Assembly (NCBI GenBank): GCA_018672055.1
Contig: JABHGM010000001.1
Location: 672,977-736,976 of the forward strand
Length of the DNA stretch: 64,000 nucleotides
Source of the DNA: a bacterium
Lineage (GTDB): Bacteria; Patescibacteriota; Patescibacteriia; UBA1558; UBA10009
Direction: 5' to 3'
The notes beneath the pieces were generated by a model, which was not told the DNA's origin, searched no databases, and worked only from the letters and a program-made list of their open reading frames with translations. Shown piece after piece: positions 48,442 through 59,287 of this stretch (within the stretch, counting starts at the first letter, position 1; each line of letters begins with the position of its first letter). The position numbers were made by a program, and so were the translations under genes.

Positions 48442-49793
48442 AAGTATTTAAAATTAAATTTTTTAAGTAAGGTATATAAACCGTAAAATGATAGCATAAA
48501 ATATACTGGTAATATTGGCATTATAAATCTAGGATTACCTTGTAAGAAAAATACAATCATATTAACACTCAAAACAAATAGTATTAATATATAAGCTAAA
48601 TCTTTTTTTTCTTTAATAACACTATAACTTCCATAAATCATAAATAATATAAATAGTAACCAATCAATTCTCATTAAAGTAATAACTAATACTTTAAATA
48701 ATGTATTACTATCTAAATCACTTTCATGAAATATACTAATCTGTCTTTCGTAATAATACATAGGACTATTTAAATTAATAACTTCTACCAAACCAAACAT
48801 AAAATACTTAAAAGGATTCTCTTTAATAATATTAATACCTTCTTTCTTCATTTCAATATCAATTAAATCGTAATTATAATTATCTTTATCACCTGTACGA
48901 CTTAAAACAAATTCATCTAAAGCATTTTTATTAATATAACTTTTTTCAAATACATATTCTGAATCAATAAATTTTCTAACTAAATATTCACCCGACATAG
49001 CTGATAATACATATTTTTTTACTTCTGATTTATCATATAGATTTTTAACAGCTCTAGTATATACCATATTGCCATCTCTCGAAGCTAATGCAAATCTATC
49101 AAAATTATTATAATTTCTACTTAACCAAGGTACAACAACAATACAAAACATAAGAAAAAATAATACTGATTTTTTCAAATTACCTTGCCAATCAGTTTTA
49201 ATATCTTTGAACAAGATTAATAATGGTACTAAACCAGCCATTAATATAAAAGCGCCTTTAGATAGAATTAATATACCTAGTATTATTCCAAGTAAAGCAT
49301 ATAAATAGTATTTATTCAGAGTTACAGCTTTATAATAAGTAAATAAAAATAGCATTACTAAAAATAAAGCTAAAGTTTCAGAATAAATAAAACTAGTATA
49401 AATATTTAAAATTGGATAAATTGCTATTAAAACTGTAACTATTTTTGCAACTAGCTCATTAAATATTCTTTTAGATAAATAATATGTAATTAAAACTGAA
49501 AAATATAATAATAAAACTTGAATAACCCTAACAACTCCTGGATTAACTCCAAATATTTTGTAAATAACAGACATAAAGAAAGAATAACCTGGTTCTCTCA
49601 TCATAGTTGATTCACCATCTAAATTATAACCTTCTCCATTTGTTAAACTAACAGCAATATTATGATACTGATATGCATCATCAGCTATTTCAAATTTACC
49701 AAAATTATTCCACCAAAAAATTGTACTAACAATTATTAATACTAAAAGTATTATAAAAAAACTATTCTTTTTCAATAAATTAATTAAATTCAT
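48438..49793 (-). CDS. GT-C (ArnT/PMT-like) membrane glycosyltransferase
   Basis: DA..Y..IA, R.PGY, SETL, PW..RN, PRF; multipass. Confidence 0.78.
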   Translation of the reverse strand: MNLINLLKKNSFFIILLVLIIVSTIFWWNNFGKFEIADDAYQYHNIAVSLTNGEGYNLDGESTMMREPGYSFFMSVIYKIFGVNPGVVRVIQVLLLYFSVLITYYLSKRIFNELVAKIVTVLIAIYPILNIYTSFIYSETLALFLVMLFLFTYYKAVTLNKYYLYALLGIILGILILSKGAFILMAGLVPLLILFKDIKTDWQGNLKKSVLFFLMFCIVVVPWLSRNYNNFDRFALASRDGNMVYTRAVKNLYDKSEVKKYVLSAMSGEYLVRKFIDSEYVFEKSYINKNALDEFVLSRTGDKDNYNYDLIDIEMKKEGINIIKENPFKYFMFGLVEVINLNSPMYYYERQISIFHESDLDSNTLFKVLVITLMRIDWLLFILFMIYGSYSVIKEKKDLAYILILFVLSVNMIVFFLQGNPRFIMPILPVYFMLSFYGLYTLLKKFNFKYL

Positions 49794-51385
49794 AAATCAT
49801 TATTATTTTCATAAATTCTAAGTGAACTATTTATTAAACAAGCTTCTTCAGATTCAAGCCAACCTATTTCATTACATATATAATTATAGTAAGGATGTTC
49901 AAATATTTTAATTGGAGTATTCTCTGAAACAAATTTACTCCACTGCTCTAACTGTATAGGTACGTATGATGTCTCCCATGATAAAATAACATACTGAGCC
50001 TTAAAACATTCTTCATCTGTCATCTGACTATTAATAGAATAATCATCTAAATAAAATTTAACATTTTCAGCACCATTTCTGGTACCACAGATTTCTTTAA
50101 TTTCTTTAGATTGAGATTGTAAAAAATTTGCAGCATCATCATATGGATTATCAAAATTACTAAAAGTATATGCTGTTTTAAGACCGAAAAACATAATTAC
50201 TACTAATATTACAGAACCTAAAATAATTCGTATATTTTTAACCTTTATATAATTAATTAAACCAAAAACACCAAAAGAACAAACAATAGCAATAAGTGGT
50301 AACAAAGTAGCTAGGTTATAAGAAATTCTTAGTTTAATTAAGCTATAAACAATGAAAGGAATATAAGTAAGAGCAAAAATAAATGTATAATTATCATTTC
50401 TCCACCACTTTTTAATTATAAATAAAACTAAACTTAGAACAAATAAAGAAACAATAATTATACTGTCATAAACATTCATAAACTTAAAATATTGAAATAT
50501 AGAATCATTAACAGTGTATCTGTCTGCAAAGTCAGGAATAATTGTATAAATATGCTTAATCTCTTCTAAATAAGTAAAATATTTAGCTTGGAAATTCCAT
50601 GATTGAAAAACCCTTAACTTAATATATGTCAAAGTCTGAAATAAAATAATAAATGGTAGAGCATAAGGAATAAGTATTTTTAATCTTTCTTTTAACTTCT
50701 TCTTTCTTAAAGCTTGAACAATTTCAAAAATACCTATTATTCCAAAAAATAAAAATGTGCTGTAATGTACAGTAATTGTAAAACCAAATACTAAAGCTGA
50801 GAGCTTAAGATAACGTTTAGTATTTTTACTTTCGTTCCAAGTATAGAAATAAAAGAGTAAACCTAACATTAAGAAAAAAGCAGCCGTTGTTTGTGATAAG
50901 CCAGTTCTAGCAAAAAACACACTGTAACCAGAAATAGTAAGTAATAAAGAAGCTAGTAAACCAATTTTATGCTTACCAGTTATTTCAAAAGTAACCTTAT
51001 ATACTAAATAGATTGTAATTAATGAAAGAATAGCATTTAAAATTGTTGGAATATAATCCTGAACACCTAAAAATAAAGTTGGAATTGTAATTAATAGAAT
51101 ATAGCCTGGTCTTGCAAATGTATAATCTCTAAAACTACCTGAGAAAAATTCTTTAGCCCCATCTCTAATATTCGAAGTATCAAAACCATTAGCTACAAAA
51201 TTCTTAAAAAACTCAAAAGAATTCCTAAAGCTTTTAGCAATATTTAAAAATGATTCATCATCCCCATTAATTACACCACCCTGAATAATAAGACCATGAA
51301 AACGAAAATATGCAGCTAAAAGCAATATAAGTGCTAAAACTATTCTTATCTTATACTTTATTATGAATTCTTTTATATTTAACAT
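49790..51385 (-). CDS. GT-C (ArnT/PMT-like) membrane glycosyltransferase
   Basis: R after TM1, GDDE acidic motif, RPGY, about 11 TM plus extracytoplasmic C-domain. Confidence 0.75.
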   Translation of the reverse strand: MLNIKEFIIKYKIRIVLALILLLAAYFRFHGLIIQGGVINGDDESFLNIAKSFRNSFEFFKNFVANGFDTSNIRDGAKEFFSGSFRDYTFARPGYILLITIPTLFLGVQDYIPTILNAILSLITIYLVYKVTFEITGKHKIGLLASLLLTISGYSVFFARTGLSQTTAAFFLMLGLLFYFYTWNESKNTKRYLKLSALVFGFTITVHYSTFLFFGIIGIFEIVQALRKKKLKERLKILIPYALPFIILFQTLTYIKLRVFQSWNFQAKYFTYLEEIKHIYTIIPDFADRYTVNDSIFQYFKFMNVYDSIIIVSLFVLSLVLFIIKKWWRNDNYTFIFALTYIPFIVYSLIKLRISYNLATLLPLIAIVCSFGVFGLINYIKVKNIRIILGSVILVVIMFFGLKTAYTFSNFDNPYDDAANFLQSQSKEIKEICGTRNGAENVKFYLDDYSINSQMTDEECFKAQYVILSWETSYVPIQLEQWSKFVSENTPIKIFEHPYYNYICNEIGWLESEEACLINSSLRIYENNNDL

Positions 51386-51393
51386 AAATATTA

Positions 51394-52857
51394 TTACCTA
51401 ATTAAATTTCTTGTTTCCTGACCTTTTGTTAGATGTGCATAGAAATAATAACCAGCATCATCAAATGATTTATACTTTATAGAATCTTTTATTGCGCCAT
51501 AAACAGCATCAATATTTTTTAAAGCAAATATTGAAAGATTAAATAAAAATTTTGGATTTTTAAAGAAGAACATAATATTATTCCATCTAACCTGTTTTAA
51601 AAATTTATTCCTATAAACTTCTAAAGTATGATGATCTAAATTAACTCTCCAAATCTTATTAGCTCTGACATACCATTTAGACATATCATTCTCAATAATC
51701 CTATCCTCTTTAATTGCTTGTTCATAAAGTTCTGAAGCTGGATAAGGTGTAGCAAAGTAAGCTGTTGAAAAATCAATATCAAGATCAGCAACTAAATTAA
51801 TAGTATCCATTAAATTTTCAATCTTGTCATCAGGAAATCCAAAAATAAATGAAGCCTGAGCTCTTAAACCAATTTTTTTTGTTAATCTAAGAGCATCTTT
51901 AATCTTATTTATATCAACATTCTTTTTAATTGCTTTTAAAACTGGTACTGAACCACTTTCAACTCCATATTCTACTTGAACACAACCAGCTCTTTTAACA
52001 GCTCTTAAGATTCTTTCATTAACTGTATCTACCCTGCCGTAACATGAAAATTTAATATTAAATTTCTTAGCAATGAATTTATCACTAAACTCTTCTATCC
52101 ATTCTGTATTCATTAAAAATGTATCATCCATAAAGTATAAGCTATCAATATTATGCTCCTTAATCATGAATTCAATTTCACTAATAACACTATCAACTGT
52201 TCTCCTTCTATACATTTTATTATATAAATAATTAACTCCACAATAAGTACATCTTCCAGGACAACCTCTACTGGTTGATAAATTAGCTGATCTTTCTGTC
52301 CAAACACCACGAATTAGACCTGGTGGTTGTAAATATGTATCATAATTAACAAGCTCTCTAGCTGGGAAAGGCATTTCATCTAAATCAGGAATAAGCTCTC
52401 TTGGTAAATTAATTGAAATTTGATCACCGTTTCTATATATTAAACCTCTAATATCTGACATATCAGTTTTTTTAGAATCAATTGCATTACAAAGCTCATT
52501 CATAGTAATCTCACCTTCACCATATACAATATAATCAATATTATTTTCTTCTAAAAACTTTTGCTTAAAATATGATGGATGAATTCCACCAGCAACAATT
52601 GGAAGATCTGGTCTATCATTTTTAAGCTTTTTAAAAATCTTTTGAGCAAAACGAAGTTGTGGTGTTGTTATACTAACACCAATAATATCAGCTTCTTGAA
52701 CTTTAGGATGATCAAGTAAATCAAAATCATTATCTTTAATATCTAAAAAGGTTACATTATGTCCCTGACTCTTAATATATGAAGCTACATAACCAAGTCC
52801 GAGTGGGAAAAAATTTAAATTTATATCTCTAGGATAAATTAAGCAAACGTTTGCCAT
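51394..52857 (-). CDS. Cobalamin-binding radical SAM protein
   Basis: FPLGLGYVA, GGIHPS, GEGE, TSRGCPGRCTYC, FMDDTF, GVESGS, TPYP.S. Confidence 0.9.
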   Translation of the reverse strand: MANVCLIYPRDINLNFFPLGLGYVASYIKSQGHNVTFLDIKDNDFDLLDHPKVQEADIIGVSITTPQLRFAQKIFKKLKNDRPDLPIVAGGIHPSYFKQKFLEENNIDYIVYGEGEITMNELCNAIDSKKTDMSDIRGLIYRNGDQISINLPRELIPDLDEMPFPARELVNYDTYLQPPGLIRGVWTERSANLSTSRGCPGRCTYCGVNYLYNKMYRRRTVDSVISEIEFMIKEHNIDSLYFMDDTFLMNTEWIEEFSDKFIAKKFNIKFSCYGRVDTVNERILRAVKRAGCVQVEYGVESGSVPVLKAIKKNVDINKIKDALRLTKKIGLRAQASFIFGFPDDKIENLMDTINLVADLDIDFSTAYFATPYPASELYEQAIKEDRIIENDMSKWYVRANKIWRVNLDHHTLEVYRNKFLKQVRWNNIMFFFKNPKFLFNLSIFALKNIDAVYGAIKDSIKYKSFDDAGYYFYAHLTKGQETRNLIR

Positions 52858-52878
52858 AATATTTTAGTAAGTTAATTT

Positions 52879-53541
52879 TTATTTTTTTAATAATATATTA
52901 AAATACAAGCCAAAACTCTTTGGTAAAAACTTAGGCATTGTATTTATTTTTTCTAATTCAAATTCTTTACTTGCAAACTTTAAAAATTCTTTATAATTAG
53001 TAACGTGATGATCATTTATTTCATTAAAACCTATTGTTACAAATAATTTCTCCATAAATTTATCTACTCTTGGCATACCAACTAATAATTCACCACCTGG
53101 TTTTAATATTCGATGCAATTCTTTTAAAATTTGATCAGGTTCTTTAATATGTTCAAATACAGAAAAAGCTACAATTAAATTAAAACTATTTGATTCTAAA
53201 TTAAGTGTAGTAATATCTTCTTGATACAGTTGAGCATTAATATTTAATTTATCTAAACTTTCTTTAACTAGCTTAGTATCTGCATCTAAATCAACAGCAG
53301 TTAAATTATTTGAAATTGAATTAAGCGTTGGTAATAAAAGTCCAGAACCAGAACCAAACTCTAATATTGAATCATATTCTTTATTCAATAAATCCAAACC
53401 CATTTGAATACGCTTAACATATAATTTACCAACAAGTGGTCTATAATAATAATCTAATGGATCACTAGGCCCATTAACTTTAAAAATTCCTGATTTTGGT
53501 AATATAAATTTTATTTTTGACATACAAACATTATTTTCCAA
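52879..53541 (-). CDS. Class I SAM-dependent methyltransferase
   Basis: LEFGSGSG, SVFEHI, RILKPGG. Confidence 0.85.
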   Translation of the reverse strand: MENNVCMSKIKFILPKSGIFKVNGPSDPLDYYYRPLVGKLYVKRIQMGLDLLNKEYDSILEFGSGSGLLLPTLNSISNNLTAVDLDADTKLVKESLDKLNINAQLYQEDITTLNLESNSFNLIVAFSVFEHIKEPDQILKELHRILKPGGELLVGMPRVDKFMEKLFVTIGFNEINDHHVTNYKEFLKFASKEFELEKINTMPKFLPKSFGLYFNILLKK

Positions 53542-54275
53542 TGCTTATCAGTAGCTACTTCATTCAAATTAAAATTTTCATAACATTCAAACTTAGTAAA
53601 GCCAGCTAAACCTAAAGCGTCTTTTATTTGATTAGGTGTCCAAAGATACTGATCTAAATCGTATTTATCTTCTATTACTTCCCCATTTTCTTTAGTTACT
53701 CGTAAATTATATCTAAGAGTAGTTTTTTGATTAATAAAATCAGTATTACTTTCTAACTTACAATTAATTTCTTCATTATTATTTTTAACTGAATATTCTT
53801 TACCCTTAGGTGGATCTAATAAAGCTGCAGAGCCATTCCAACAATCAAATATATATACAGAATCATCACTTAATGAATTATATATAGCATTAAAAAAACT
53901 AACTAACTCATTAAACTTAGGAATATATGTAACAACATTAAATAAGCTAAAACAAATATCAAAATCTTTTAAATCTAAATCTTGTATTCGTTTATCATAT
54001 ATTTCTACATTAGATATATTATTTTCTTTTATTTTCTCCCTACATCTAGTTATCATTTCTTGATCTACATCTATTGAAGTAATTGGAATATTTAATTTAG
54101 CTAGTTCTAAAGTATGACTACCAGTACCACAACCTATCTCTAATATATTTTTAGGTTCATGATTTAAATACTTCTTAGCAATTTCAAGAGACTTAAATAC
54201 TTCTTCTTCGTAATCTTTTGAAGTAAATAATATATCGTAATACTTGTAGAATAAATTACTCATAATACTTTTCAA
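53511..54275 (-). CDS. Class I SAM methyltransferase (TylM1/DesVI-like aminosugar N-methyltransferase candidate)
   Basis: YYD....KDY.EE, LEIGCGTG.H, FD...SLF.V..Y; overlaps the aminotransferase gene. Confidence 0.75.
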   Translation of the reverse strand: MKSIMSNLFYKYYDILFTSKDYEEEVFKSLEIAKKYLNHEPKNILEIGCGTGSHTLELAKLNIPITSIDVDQEMITRCREKIKENNISNVEIYDKRIQDLDLKDFDICFSLFNVVTYIPKFNELVSFFNAIYNSLSDDSVYIFDCWNGSAALLDPPKGKEYSVKNNNEEINCKLESNTDFINQKTTLRYNLRVTKENGEVIEDKYDLDQYLWTPNQIKDALGLAGFTKFECYENFNLNEVATDKHWKIMFVCQK

Positions 54276-55362
54276 TTACAGTACATACATAATCTAATTC
54301 TTCTTCACTAAGCGTTGGGAAAGATGGCAAACATATTCCATACTCATAGCCATATATAGAATTAGGATAATTTTTACTATCCAAAGTTTCTGGAATAATA
54401 TCTTTTAAATACTTAAAACATGGTTGCTTGTGAAGTGGATAGAAAAATGTTCTTACTTCAACTTCATTTTCTGACATATATTTCATTAACTTTTCAGCTT
54501 CTTCAACTAAAATTCCAACCCTAAATGGAATCCAATCAGCACCATCAAATGGTTTAAAGAAATTAATTTCTTTTATCTTACTTAACCTATTAAAGTAATA
54601 ATCTTTTATCTTATTCTTTCTTTCAATTATTTGATCTAACTTTCCTAGCTGAACAAGTCCTACAGCAGCTTGTAAATCAGTCATTCTAAAATTATAACCT
54701 ATTTCTGGATGTATAAATGAACCTCTTTCAATACGACCCTGATTTCTTAAATATAATAACTTCTCATACTTTTTCTTATCATTAGTAACTACTAAACCAC
54801 CTTCTGCTGTAGTAATGGTTTTATCAGCAAAAAATGAAAATATACTAACATCACCATAAGTACCAGCATGCTTATCTTTGTAATGGACACCAATAGCTTG
54901 AGCAGCATCTTCAACAACACTCAAATTGTGTTTTTTAGCAAATTCCATTACTTCATCCATTTTAGCCATAGTGCCATAAATATGGACAGGCATAATAGCT
55001 TTAGTCTTAGGATTAATAAATTTCTCAGCACTATCTAAATCAAGCTGAAAATTCTCTTTATTTACATCAATAAATACTGGTACTCCACCAGCCATTTCAA
55101 CTGCTGATGCTGAACCTAAAAATGTAAAATCAGGAACTAATACTTGATCTCCTGGTTTTAAATCAATTGCTCTTAAAGCTAAATAAATTGCTAAAGTACC
55201 ATTAGGAGCTAACACGCCATACTTAGCACCAGTTAAATCTAATAACTGCTTTACAAATTCTTTTGACTTAGGTCCTTCAGTAATCCAGTTTTCTGTAAAA
55301 CATCCTTCAATCTCTTTATATTCTTCTTCTCCAACCCATGGTTTAAATTGATTTACTTTCAT
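54256..55362 (-). CDS. DegT-family aminotransferase (perosamine synthase-like)
   Basis: NGTLA, VHIYG, EDAAQA, FSFFADKTITTAEGG, GYNFRMTDLQAAVG. Confidence 0.9.
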   Translation of the reverse strand: MKVNQFKPWVGEEEYKEIEGCFTENWITEGPKSKEFVKQLLDLTGAKYGVLAPNGTLAIYLALRAIDLKPGDQVLVPDFTFLGSASAVEMAGGVPVFIDVNKENFQLDLDSAEKFINPKTKAIMPVHIYGTMAKMDEVMEFAKKHNLSVVEDAAQAIGVHYKDKHAGTYGDVSIFSFFADKTITTAEGGLVVTNDKKKYEKLLYLRNQGRIERGSFIHPEIGYNFRMTDLQAAVGLVQLGKLDQIIERKNKIKDYYFNRLSKIKEINFFKPFDGADWIPFRVGILVEEAEKLMKYMSENEVEVRTFFYPLHKQPCFKYLKDIIPETLDSKNYPNSIYGYEYGICLPSFPTLSEEELDYVCTVIEKYYE

Positions 55363-55363
55363 A

Positions 55364-56680
55364 TTATTTTTTATTATAGTTTTTTAAATGTCTAAAAATA
55401 AAGTTACCTTTTAAAACAAATATGAATAACTTAATACCATGTTTAAATACATGTGTTTTAGTTTCACCATATTCTCGTGGGTAATATTTCATAGGTATTT
55501 CACCTAATTTTAAATTAAATCTAGCTGCACCATATAATAGCTCAAAATCACCAAATGGATCATGTAAATTAAGTGATCCCCAATTATTATATATATCCTG
55601 ATAACTTTCTTTGGAAATAGCTTTAATACCACTTAAAACATCAGTCATATAACTCTTTAAGAACCAAGAAAACCAATTAGCAAATACCATATTACCTAGC
55701 TTATTAACTAAAGGCATAGATTTAAGAGATAATGGATATACAAAACGACTTCCTTCAATAAATTCTAAACGTCCACTAGCAATAGCATCATAGAAATATT
55801 TAATATCATCTGGTTCAGAAGTTCCATCACCTTCATATAATATAATTACATCACCACTTGCATCTTTAAAGCCAACTCGTATAGCATCACCTTGACCAAT
55901 ACCAGGCTGACCTATTACTCTAATATTCTTATCAGAATACACATCTTTAACTCTATGTATCTCTTCTAAAGTATTATCCGTTGAATGACCTTCTACAAAT
56001 AATATTTCTTGATTTTGACATACCTTAGGTAATGCTTTAACAATAGGTTCAATATTTTCTTTTTCATCTCTTACTGTAATACAAATAGTTAAACTTTTTT
56101 CTTCAGACTCATCCTTTACAAGCAATCTAGCAACTATAAATTGATTAATTTTAAATATATCAAATAATGGAATAATAATAGATATTAAATTAATAATATT
56201 ACCAAAGAATAATATATTAGTAGGCCATAATGTTTTTTTATAAGTCCTGATAGTTTCATAACCAAAAGATTTTAAATATGTATTAGTATCATGTACTGAT
56301 AACCAATTATGATTTAATTCTTTATTTTTTATCCTAAATAGACTACCTAGCTTTAAAAATGGCATCCATAGATAATTATGCTGATAAATTATTACTCGAG
56401 TACTTGAAGTGATACCTGATTTAATATTTCTAAGTACATCACAAATATTTTCACTAATACCTAGTACTGAAAATATAATAATATAATCATATTTTTTATC
56501 TGGTACAAATGTATCAATATCTTTATTTACTATATCTAAACTCTTAGGCCTAGCATTTTTTAAAAAATCATAATTATATTCACCAATAAAAAGTATATTC
56601 TTACCTTCAGGTATTAAAAAACTTAAAGCACTTATTGCCTGATGCCAAAAATATTTATGCCATTTATATTTCTTATACAT
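55364..56680 (-). CDS. GT2 glycosyltransferase with degenerate N-terminal methyltransferase-like domain
   Basis: C-half E..NI, FVEGHSTDNT, GSR.VYP, D.L.G.K, DPFGDFELL.GA; N-half KYDYIII. Confidence 0.78.
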   Translation of the reverse strand: MYKKYKWHKYFWHQAISALSFLIPEGKNILFIGEYNYDFLKNARPKSLDIVNKDIDTFVPDKKYDYIIIFSVLGISENICDVLRNIKSGITSSTRVIIYQHNYLWMPFLKLGSLFRIKNKELNHNWLSVHDTNTYLKSFGYETIRTYKKTLWPTNILFFGNIINLISIIIPLFDIFKINQFIVARLLVKDESEEKSLTICITVRDEKENIEPIVKALPKVCQNQEILFVEGHSTDNTLEEIHRVKDVYSDKNIRVIGQPGIGQGDAIRVGFKDASGDVIILYEGDGTSEPDDIKYFYDAIASGRLEFIEGSRFVYPLSLKSMPLVNKLGNMVFANWFSWFLKSYMTDVLSGIKAISKESYQDIYNNWGSLNLHDPFGDFELLYGAARFNLKLGEIPMKYYPREYGETKTHVFKHGIKLFIFVLKGNFIFRHLKNYNKK

Positions 56681-56691
56681 ATTATTTTATT

Positions 56692-57807
56692 TTAAACATG
56701 AATAATATCTAATATTTTTTTTACTCTATTTTCCCAAGTAAACTTCTTAACAAATTCATAACCATTTTCAATCTCTTTATCATTATTTTTAATTAATATA
56801 TTATTTATTTTATTTACTAAATCTTCTACATTATCAACTTCATAAAAAGTTACTTCCTTATTAGTTACTATATTTGTCATACTCTCAACTTCAGGAGCTA
56901 AAACCGGAACCTTAGAAGCTAAATATTCAAATAATTTTATAGGTGAAGTATATTTAATTGATTCTTTACTATTTTTATTTGCAGTTATAATTAAAATATC
57001 TGCTGACTTTAAATATTTAGCAACCATGTCTCTCTTTTTAGTATTTACAAGCTTAATATTTGATAAATTATTTATTATTTCTTTATCTAATAAATCAGTA
57101 CCACCAGCTAATACCAATTCAATATTATTATCTAATTTTTCAGCTGCTTTTAATAATATGTCAGTTCCTTTCCAGGTATAGTAATGACCTAAATACATTA
57201 CAATTTTCTTATCATTAGATAAATCTAATTCATCTCTTAATTCATTTTTAGTCTTTTGAATCGAGTCAAAATCATTTAATTCAACACCATTAGGACAACT
57301 ATGTACATTAGTAAAGTTATTTTCTAAAAATTCATCTTTAGTACCTATTGAATTAGTAATTATTAAATCAGCTTTTTTACTTAACTTAAAAAATAATTTT
57401 TGATTACTTTCTGGTATAAAATGACATTCAAATATAGTCCTATAACCTATCTTAGCAAAGTACCAAGCTATTAAAACTTCTCTAGTATATATAGTTAATT
57501 CTCTTGAATTGAATAGATATCTAAATGATAATGATATAAGGAAAGTAACCTGCTTAACTAGATATGTAAATTTTGGAAATATCTTATTTAAAAATTTTAA
57601 ATCAATTACTAAATACTTTTTAATATCAAAATTCTTACTAACACCATAATAACTAAATGTTTCTTCTTTAATACAATTTCTAAAATTAGGTATTACTAAT
57701 TCAATATCAACTCCCATCTTTGAAAATTTTTCACAAGTTCTAATTATTTGATAACCTCTAGCTTTTTCAGTAGGTATTCTAGAATTAGTTATATACTCAA
57801 TCTTCAT
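56692..57807 (-). CDS. GT4 glycosyltransferase
   Basis: RIPTEKA, PNGV, WKG.D, TSPIKLFEYLAS. Confidence 0.88.
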   Translation of the reverse strand: MKIEYITNSRIPTEKARGYQIIRTCEKFSKMGVDIELVIPNFRNCIKEETFSYYGVSKNFDIKKYLVIDLKFLNKIFPKFTYLVKQVTFLISLSFRYLFNSRELTIYTREVLIAWYFAKIGYRTIFECHFIPESNQKLFFKLSKKADLIITNSIGTKDEFLENNFTNVHSCPNGVELNDFDSIQKTKNELRDELDLSNDKKIVMYLGHYYTWKGTDILLKAAEKLDNNIELVLAGGTDLLDKEIINNLSNIKLVNTKKRDMVAKYLKSADILIITANKNSKESIKYTSPIKLFEYLASKVPVLAPEVESMTNIVTNKEVTFYEVDNVEDLVNKINNILIKNNDKEIENGYEFVKKFTWENRVKKILDIIHV

Positions 57808-58424
57808 ATATCTAGATTATTAGTTATTTCTAAAAACACTTCATCAATATCTCTATTTGCATCAACTATTTTTACTTTACAAGGCAAGCTAGGAAATAGC
57901 TTTTTAAAAGTTACAAAATTAGTACGAACTACTTCTTTCCATTTTTTTAAATACTCAGCAGTTAAAAATGGTCTAGTAAAATGCCCACGCTTTTCAATTC
58001 TAGAATCTAACACATCATAAGGTGCTTCAAAAAATATTAGTAAGTCAGGAAATAATAAATATTTAGAATATTTTTTAATTTCTTCCTCTGTTACTTCTCG
58101 TTCAAATATAGATCCAACACTCTGCATAAAACCTTGATCTAATAAAGCTAAATCATATTTTGTAGCTTTTTCAAACTTCGCATTAGTATTTAAAAATACA
58201 TTCATGAATTTAAAATAGAACATTTTAAAAGAAACTGAGTTTCTAAATACATATATTAAACGTACAATGAATTTAATAGGATGCTTAATAAGAAATAACA
58301 AGTTATACCAAATAAGTTCATACTTATTATCAATTCTAATTCTTTGTATATTCTTTTCACCTACTAATCTTCTAGCAATTGTAGATTTACCAGTTCCTGG
58401 TAAACCAGAAAATTCAATAATCAT
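57804..58424 (-). CDS. P-loop kinase (NMP-kinase-like fold)
   Basis: IEFSGLPGTGKST, LLDQG, PDLLIF, R..KR lid. Confidence 0.75.
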   Translation of the reverse strand: MIIEFSGLPGTGKSTIARRLVGEKNIQRIRIDNKYELIWYNLLFLIKHPIKFIVRLIYVFRNSVSFKMFYFKFMNVFLNTNAKFEKATKYDLALLDQGFMQSVGSIFEREVTEEEIKKYSKYLLFPDLLIFFEAPYDVLDSRIEKRGHFTRPFLTAEYLKKWKEVVRTNFVTFKKLFPSLPCKVKIVDANRDIDEVFLEITNNLDI

Positions 58425-59182
58425 TACTTTTTAAATTTAATAGCGTAAGACTCTGATAAAAAACCACTTAATTTATTCAAAGGGAGTCTATATAATATAA
58501 AGTGGACTAGCCTATTTATTATATTTGATTTAAATACAGGTACAGAAATAGTAACAGGATATTCTGTTACTTCTCTAAAACCTACTTCTTTAAATATACA
58601 TTTTAATCTACATGCTTTAACTTGACCTTGATGCATTCTAGAATTCTTTCTTTTAAGAAGCTTATTAATAAAATCCTTAGGAGTTTTAGTAATTAAATAC
58701 CCCTCACCATTATTATTCAACATATCAAATATTTTCTTTACTGCTTCTTGCTTGTCTGGAATATATTCTAAAACTCTTGAGGAAAAGAAAACATCATACT
58801 TTTTATTTGGTATATAATCTAAAAAATTAGAAACAGTATAATCTATATCATTAAAATCTTTTAAATTATTCTTAGCTTGCTCTAACATATTTTCTGAGAC
58901 ATCAACAAGCTTCAAACTATCAAATTCACTATTCTCATGCATTACACGAGTCCAAGTTCCAGCACCAGGACCTAGTTCAAAATAGCTTCCTTTAAACTTT
59001 TTACCATTTAAAAAATGACCTTTAATTGCTTTAAGAGTCATTATATAGCCTGTTTTTGCAGGGCTAGATTTAAACCAACGATGATATTCGTAGTTTTCCA
59101 CATACTTATTTTTGGCTAAGTTATCGTATTTTTTTTGTATTTGTTGTGTATCCATATAGTCAAAATATTGAATATTATACAA
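58424..59182 (-). CDS. Class I SAM-dependent methyltransferase (true start probably ATG 59155)
   Basis: ELGPGAGTWT, VDVSENML, YD.FFSSR.LEY. Confidence 0.85.
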   Translation of the reverse strand: MYNIQYFDYMDTQQIQKKYDNLAKNKYVENYEYHRWFKSSPAKTGYIMTLKAIKGHFLNGKKFKGSYFELGPGAGTWTRVMHENSEFDSLKLVDVSENMLEQAKNNLKDFNDIDYTVSNFLDYIPNKKYDVFFSSRVLEYIPDKQEAVKKIFDMLNNNGEGYLITKTPKDFINKLLKRKNSRMHQGQVKACRLKCIFKEVGFREVTEYPVTISVPVFKSNIINRLVHFILYRLPLNKLSGFLSESYAIKFKK

Positions 59183-59236
59183 TATTTTAGATAATTTATC
59201 AAATTATTTTTATATTTTATCCCCATTTATTATACA

Positions 59237-59274
59237 TTGACTTTTAATTATATATAATTATAATACATTATGTA
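59237..59274 (+). promoter_or_regulatory. Promoter of RHH-cysD-cysN, with possible operator palindrome
   Basis: TTGACT-16-TATAAT; TACAT-t-ATGTA (59264-59274) over the predicted TSS. Confidence 0.5.
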
Positions 59275-59287
59275 ATATATTAAACAT

